From Synechococcus sp. (GTDB lineage Bacteria; Cyanobacteriota; Cyanobacteriia; PCC-6307; Cyanobiaceae): 64,000 nucleotides of DNA. The position numbers and the translations under genes are program-made. Each line of letters begins with the position of its first letter. The stretch's first letter is position 1. The DNA lies in the NCBI GenBank assembly GCA_047285535.1, contig JBJBDC010000001.1, positions 2,368,136 through 2,432,135 on the forward strand, written 5' to 3'. The notes beneath the pieces were generated by a model. The model searched no databases and was not told the DNA's origin. It worked only from the letters and a program-made list of their open reading frames with translations. Below are positions 58,797 through 64,000 of this stretch, one piece after another.

Positions 58797-59563
58797 TGTT
58801 TTTAATCAGCAAGATCGTTCCTTTGTTGTTGTTACCCCTTGGGGTTGCGATATTACTCCTGCTTTGGGGCGGAATTCGCGGCAGACGCTGGCCTGGGATC
58901 AGTGCTTTGGCTGTGCTCTTGATCTTCGCTACGCCGCTGACTTCCGAGGTGCTCTGGCGTTGGTTGGAGCAGCCTTATCTCCGCCGCACTGCTGCAGCTG
59001 TCCTTCAAAATGCCAGACCTGCTGCAGTGGTGGTGCTTGGTACCGGCCGCCATCCCGCTCCTGGACCTGCACAGGCCAGTGAATGGAGCGATGCTGATCG
59101 TTTTTTTGCAGGTTTGGATGCCTTTGCCCAACTTCAGAAGCACGGAGACAAACCACGGCTGATTTTTACCGGTGGCTGGTGGCCCACTCAACCAGATCTT
59201 CCTCCAGAAGGGGATGTGTTGCGTGACCGTGCTATTGCTCTAGGCGTTCCAGCTGATGCCGTGGTCAGTACCGCCAGAGTCCGCAACACCGCTGATGAGG
59301 CGAAGGAAGTCGCAGGAATGCTCCCAACTGCTAGCACAGTGATGCTGGTCACCTCAGCTTTTCATATGCCTCGCGCTTCGCGTTTGTTTGAGCGGACTGG
59401 CCTTACCGTTCTGCCTTTTGCCGTGGATTTCCAGGCCAGCGGCGCTTGGGCAGGGCATCCACTGCGTAATCCCCTCAACTACCTCCCAACGGCTGCAGGG
59501 CTACAGAGCAGCAGCAGTGCCATCAGAGAGGCAATCGGTCGTACAATTTATAATTCATGGTGA
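58796..59563 (+). CDS. YdcF/ElyC (DUF218) family membrane protein
   Basis: N-terminal TMs, VVVLG, FTGG, RNTADEA, LVTSAFHMPRA; TGATG coupling to asnB. Confidence 0.88.
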   Translation: MFLISKIVPLLLLPLGVAILLLLWGGIRGRRWPGISALAVLLIFATPLTSEVLWRWLEQPYLRRTAAAVLQNARPAAVVVLGTGRHPAPGPAQASEWSDADRFFAGLDAFAQLQKHGDKPRLIFTGGWWPTQPDLPPEGDVLRDRAIALGVPADAVVSTARVRNTADEAKEVAGMLPTASTVMLVTSAFHMPRASRLFERTGLTVLPFAVDFQASGAWAGHPLRNPLNYLPTAAGLQSSSSAIREAIGRTIYNSW

Positions 59564-59770
59564 AAAAATATTATCAAAATCTGATTGATATACCCATGCT
59601 CTTTGGTATTAGAGCTTAAATGTCCCCTGTATTTATTTGCTCGCTTGCAGTTTGCGCCTATGTTTAAGATTCACGCGATGCTTTAGAACTATTTAAGCTC
59701 TTTAGTTCTTAGAGATGGCTATTGAAATTTTTTTAGTGTCTTCCAAGATTCAAGCGAGGAGGAAATACAG

Positions 59771-60916
59771 GTGAATAGGAAAAAAATTGTATTGCTTGTT
59801 AATTCTCTTTCAGAAACTGGAGGTGTCACGACAAGGTGTAATGCTATGTATCGCCACATATGCAAGAATTATATTTGTGAAATTATTGAATTAAAGTCAT
59901 TTATTGGTCAACAAAAATTGATTGCTTTAAATCCTGTAAGTTTTTTTCGCCTTGCAAATGCTTTGAAAGTCAGATTGAATAGTGATATTTTTGATATAGT
60001 TGTAATTAGCTTCTCGGACTTGCCCAATCTTGTAAATAGCTTGTTAAGCCGAAATTCGATAATATCAATTACCGGTATTCCGGAAAAAAGAAATGGTGTT
60101 AGTTTTTTGAGATATTTGTTATGGAGGCATTGCTTGAATAGTATTTCAGTACTTCTTTGTAAAAAAATTGTTCCATGCAGTCCAGTCGTAATTTCTAAGT
60201 TCGCAATTAATCTTCCCACTGTTAAAGATAAAATTTATTATATCAATGGATTTCTTGATGAATTTCGGCTAAAGCAAAATGAGGAGCTTGCAGAAGCTAT
60301 AAATACCAAATTTCCAAAAAGATATTTTTTATATATTGGTCGCATTGATAAGAACAAATCTGTAGATAAGATCATAGAATCATATCTTATTTATACTGGC
60401 TTAGTACACAATAAAGCCAATATAATTCCATTAGTGATTATTGGATCAGGCCCGTTAGAAACGTATTGTAGAAAAATAAGCGACTGTCATGGATTGACTC
60501 GCAATTCATTACTTCGTAGAAAAAAAAGTAAACCTTCTATTTATTTTTTGCCAGATACGGAGGATGGATATACTTATATTCTTAATGCAAAAGTTGTACT
60601 GTTGGGATCTAAATCTGAAGGATTTTCTAATGTTGCCCTCGAAAGCATTTACGCTAACACACCAATCTTCTTAGCTGCAAATAAGGGGAATCAGTTTTTG
60701 TGTGATTATATTAATTACAATCGGATTTCATCTTCTGTCAAACTACTGCCATTGCTTAATTCCAAGAAATCTACATCAATATGGGCATCATATATGCAAA
60801 TATATGCAAGTATAAAATATCCATGCTTAGAAACAGGTTTACGTGAGAATGTGATTCAAAATTGCTCAGCTGAGGTTAACATAAAAAAATGGATCAAAAT
60901 CCTAAATGAATGTTGA
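59771..60916 (+). CDS. GT4 glycosyltransferase
   Basis: TGG, YIGRIDKNK, SKSEGFSNVALES; AGGAGG SD upstream; very AT-rich. Confidence 0.8.
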   Translation: MNRKKIVLLVNSLSETGGVTTRCNAMYRHICKNYICEIIELKSFIGQQKLIALNPVSFFRLANALKVRLNSDIFDIVVISFSDLPNLVNSLLSRNSIISITGIPEKRNGVSFLRYLLWRHCLNSISVLLCKKIVPCSPVVISKFAINLPTVKDKIYYINGFLDEFRLKQNEELAEAINTKFPKRYFLYIGRIDKNKSVDKIIESYLIYTGLVHNKANIIPLVIIGSGPLETYCRKISDCHGLTRNSLLRRKKSKPSIYFLPDTEDGYTYILNAKVVLLGSKSEGFSNVALESIYANTPIFLAANKGNQFLCDYINYNRISSSVKLLPLLNSKKSTSIWASYMQIYASIKYPCLETGLRENVIQNCSAEVNIKKWIKILNEC

Positions 60917-61134
60917 GTATATAATAAACATGTTGAATTTGAATGGTCTACAATCAAAGAAAATTAATCATAAATAATAGGCAACAACGTTGTCGACAGG
61001 ATAAAGAGTTTATTTGTCAATATTAACCTGAGGCATTAACTAGCTTGTGAAATGTTATTTAGAATTGCAGACCAGTTTGTTTTGGCTCGACTTAGAATCT
61101 TTCAACAAAAAGACCAATGTGATACAGTACTTAT

Positions 61135-62007
61135 ATGGAAAGAAACGAACACCCAAGCGTAGATATAGTAACACCTATACACAACAGGTCTCAATATCTT
61201 GCTCCCCTTTACTATTCAATTGCCAGTCAGGATATCATTAAAAATTGGATCGTGATAGATGACGGTTCAGATGATTCTCCAGAAATTGTTATCGAATCTC
61301 TTCCGAAATTATCTTCATTGAATATCGTCTATAGGCGTATAGCCAAATCTGGCATTAATTCGGCCATGAATGTTGCCTTTAGCCTTTTAAGTAGTGATTA
61401 TTTTTTAAAAGTTGATTCGGATGATTTGTTGTCTAATGATTTTTCTTGTTGTTTTCGTAAGGCCTATACAATACTGAAAGAGCAAAGTAAATTGTCTTGT
61501 GTCTATGGGTTTTCTTTTCGGACTTCAAGCCCATCTGGGGAATTGATTGGGAAGCTTGATATACCTTATAAGTATAGAATTAGTACTAACCCTCCTATTT
61601 ATATTTGCAAATACTCCTATATTAGAGTCTATGGTGATAAATCATATGGAGATTTGGCAGATTGCTTTGAATCAGAAATGGTTAAACACCATTTTAGATA
61701 CCCTTCCTTTGCTCATGAGACACATGCTCCCGCTAGTTTGTTGCATGTATCATGTGAAATATTGAATTCTAATTCTAGTATTGCTTTTATCGATTGCTCC
61801 GTTAAAATAAAAGAATATTTGCCAGACGGCATTTCCTCATTAAAATTGAATAGTCTCGAAAAAAATCCTCAAGCATATTTGCTTCTTGCTCTTCACCATG
61901 CATCATTTCCCTTACTCTCCTTAAATGCTAGAATTAGTATTTTAAAAAGTATTCTAAGAGCAATTTTTTATATAACTCTTGGTTTCATGATCAGGGTTTT
62001 TCGATGA
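61135..62007 (+). CDS. GT2 glycosyltransferase
   Basis: IVTPIHNR, WIVIDDGS, VDSDD. Confidence 0.85.
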   Translation: MERNEHPSVDIVTPIHNRSQYLAPLYYSIASQDIIKNWIVIDDGSDDSPEIVIESLPKLSSLNIVYRRIAKSGINSAMNVAFSLLSSDYFLKVDSDDLLSNDFSCCFRKAYTILKEQSKLSCVYGFSFRTSSPSGELIGKLDIPYKYRISTNPPIYICKYSYIRVYGDKSYGDLADCFESEMVKHHFRYPSFAHETHAPASLLHVSCEILNSNSSIAFIDCSVKIKEYLPDGISSLKLNSLEKNPQAYLLLALHHASFPLLSLNARISILKSILRAIFYITLGFMIRVFR

Positions 62008-63149
62008 AAACGGTATTAATTATTTCTCATCGATTAGGTATTGGCGGTACTGAGAAAACAATCCACTACCTATCAAAATACCTACTAGATCATGAATGGA
62101 TAGTTCATGTGTTTTGCATAGGACCTAAGCTTGAACATCCAGCAATGTTTTTTGATCCAAGGATCACTATCATTAATAGTAATTATCAAGCAAGATGTTC
62201 ACCCCAGTTGTTTTTGCTTATATCCGACCTGATTCGTAATATTAGAAGTATAAAACCTGATATCTTGCTTTCTTTTTTGTCTATACCTTCCATTCTTACG
62301 ATTATCTCTAATCTTTTTTTTCATATCCCTCATATTGCTTCGGAAAGAAACAACCCGATACTTTTACCTGGACAAAGCAGGTATTGGAAGTTTTTACGTT
62401 ACCTGCTTTACTTTAGATTGAATTCTCTCGTCGTTCAGTCTAATGTATTGGCCATGAAGTTTAGAGAGATTTTGGTAGCCCCTCCGCCTATCAATGTTAT
62501 CAGAAATGCCGTTCAACTTATTGACAAAGATACTACTAATAAGCGTACTTTTCCCGTGCCTCCTTATTCCTTGGTTTCAAAAATTCGTTTTTTATTCTTA
62601 GGACGACTTGAGTACCAGAAGGGAGTTGATCTTCTTGTCCAAGCATTTCCAGATGTATATTTAAACCTACTTCACAAAGGCATCTCCTGTGAACTTTTAA
62701 TTGTAGGTAGTGGTTCTATGAAGAGTCAGTTAAATAGCATCATCATTGAACCTAGATTCTTTGATGCTAAACATAAAATTAAGATGGTACCTGAAACCCT
62801 TGATATAGTGAAATGGTTTTCATATTCAGATATATTAGTCATTCCCTCGCGTTCAGAAGGGTTTCCTAATGTATTGCTTGAAGCATGGTCATTTGGGCTT
62901 CCAGTGATCGCTAGTGTTGCATCTTTAGCCGGTACGGATATAAATCGAGGTAGTGTACTGATTTACCATAACAGTATTAATGGGGACCTTGCCGAAAAGA
63001 TGATTGATTTACCTTTGTCTAATAATTCTCTTCGTAGTCAACTCTTTTGCAATGCCGCCAACGAGCTTAAGAATTATGACTTATCACGGATTTTGCCTCA
63101 ATGGCTTGAGCTGTTGACAAAACATTCATCTAATGGGATTGAATACTAG
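62004..63149 (+). CDS. GT4 glycosyltransferase (PglH/PglJ-like)
   Basis: GGTEK, SERNNP, GRLEYQKG, SRSEGFPNVLLEA. Confidence 0.88.
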   Translation: MKTVLIISHRLGIGGTEKTIHYLSKYLLDHEWIVHVFCIGPKLEHPAMFFDPRITIINSNYQARCSPQLFLLISDLIRNIRSIKPDILLSFLSIPSILTIISNLFFHIPHIASERNNPILLPGQSRYWKFLRYLLYFRLNSLVVQSNVLAMKFREILVAPPPINVIRNAVQLIDKDTTNKRTFPVPPYSLVSKIRFLFLGRLEYQKGVDLLVQAFPDVYLNLLHKGISCELLIVGSGSMKSQLNSIIIEPRFFDAKHKIKMVPETLDIVKWFSYSDILVIPSRSEGFPNVLLEAWSFGLPVIASVASLAGTDINRGSVLIYHNSINGDLAEKMIDLPLSNNSLRSQLFCNAANELKNYDLSRILPQWLELLTKHSSNGIEY

Positions 63150-63917
63150 ATGGATAAATTAAATCTTATATTTGTATGGATCCCTAAAAATGGAGGATCT
63201 ACTGTTTATGCATCATGTAAATCACCTTTGGGTATAATAAAACAGAAATCCCTGCCCAATGAAGAGATATCGACAGGAATTTATACATTTGTACATCAGT
63301 CACTCAAGCAACTTGTAAGTAAAGGTTATGTCTCTAAGAGCTATGTTCAGAATGCTTATAAATTTGCTGTATCTCGATGTCCTTATGAAAGAGCTGTCTC
63401 TCTATATTGTTATTTAAAAAATATATCAAAAGCAAGATTGACCCCATTCTTTTCACGATCACCAACCTTTCTCGAATATCTACAGACTCTAGAAAAGCGT
63501 GGATTTCTTCCATTGGATGTTGGCAAGTATCATTGGCGCCAATTTTCAAATCCTCAATCTATTTGGCTTAATGAGTACCCTTTGGATCAGGTGATTCCAC
63601 TCCAAAATCTTGAAGTTTCCCTGAATGAACTTTGCTACCGCTTCACTTTACGGCACTCTAGTTTCTCTATTGTCAACACCAATCCCCATAATGAATGGAA
63701 GACTTTTTATTGTCGAGATAGTAAACAATTAGTTGAGTTCTTGTACGAACGAGACTTTAATGAATTAGAGCATTTCAATGTATTTGAATTCGATGTTCCT
63801 GATAAACGCACTTTTCTTCTGACAGATGAATATGAATTGCCTTCTCGTATGCGCTCAAGAGCTATTAAATTTTTATCGTTAGCCTCAAGGTTATCTCACA
63901 AATCCGAAAGGGATTGA
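63150..63917 (+). CDS. Sulfotransferase family 2-like protein
   Basis: 5'-PSB-like IFVWIPKNGGST, 3'-PB-like SRCPYERAVSLY, PQS, YERDF. Confidence 0.78.
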   Translation: MDKLNLIFVWIPKNGGSTVYASCKSPLGIIKQKSLPNEEISTGIYTFVHQSLKQLVSKGYVSKSYVQNAYKFAVSRCPYERAVSLYCYLKNISKARLTPFFSRSPTFLEYLQTLEKRGFLPLDVGKYHWRQFSNPQSIWLNEYPLDQVIPLQNLEVSLNELCYRFTLRHSSFSIVNTNPHNEWKTFYCRDSKQLVEFLYERDFNELEHFNVFEFDVPDKRTFLLTDEYELPSRMRSRAIKFLSLASRLSHKSERD

Positions 63918-64000
63918 TTTGACTTACCCTTCCGCTGGTATAAGCTTTCTTATTTGTTTTTAAAAACCTTGCGATTCAATGCTAATTAGTCTGTATTGAT

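Overview
This looks like a marine Synechococcus (picocyanobacterial) chromosome segment, judged by gene content and order, in four parts. (1) Core genes thiC, tkt, fabF, acpP, psaC, glmS and manC. Between the convergent thiC and tkt sits a ~4 kb AT-rich, integrase-free cassette (GT-C membrane glycosyltransferase, GtrB-like GT2, GtrA-like flippase); its left end carries a fused scar of decayed tkt and thiC 3' ends. (2) A tightly coupled GC-rich four-gene operon (13.3-23.4 kb): MFS transporter, UgtP/MGDG-synthase-like GT28, an AT-less fully reducing type I PKS module with terminal reductase (KS-DH-ER-KR-ACP-R), and a ceramide-glucosyltransferase-like GT. It most plausibly makes a long-chain alkyl glycoside/glycolipid and is the best candidate for an undescribed system here. 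(3) A polysaccharide export module: Wzc kinase, dual-specificity phosphatase, an apparently double beta-barrel protein, an SRPBCC protein and a divergent Wza. (4) A >33 kb co-directional, compositionally mosaic surface-polysaccharide island that probably continues past the window end, with nucleotide-sugar enzymes, a PglK-like ABC flippase, many GTs, an EpsG polymerase, and methyl-, pyruvyl-, amido- and sulfotransferases. No tRNA, rRNA, CRISPR array, integrase or transposase was recognised. All calls come from reading motifs by eye; no database searches were run.
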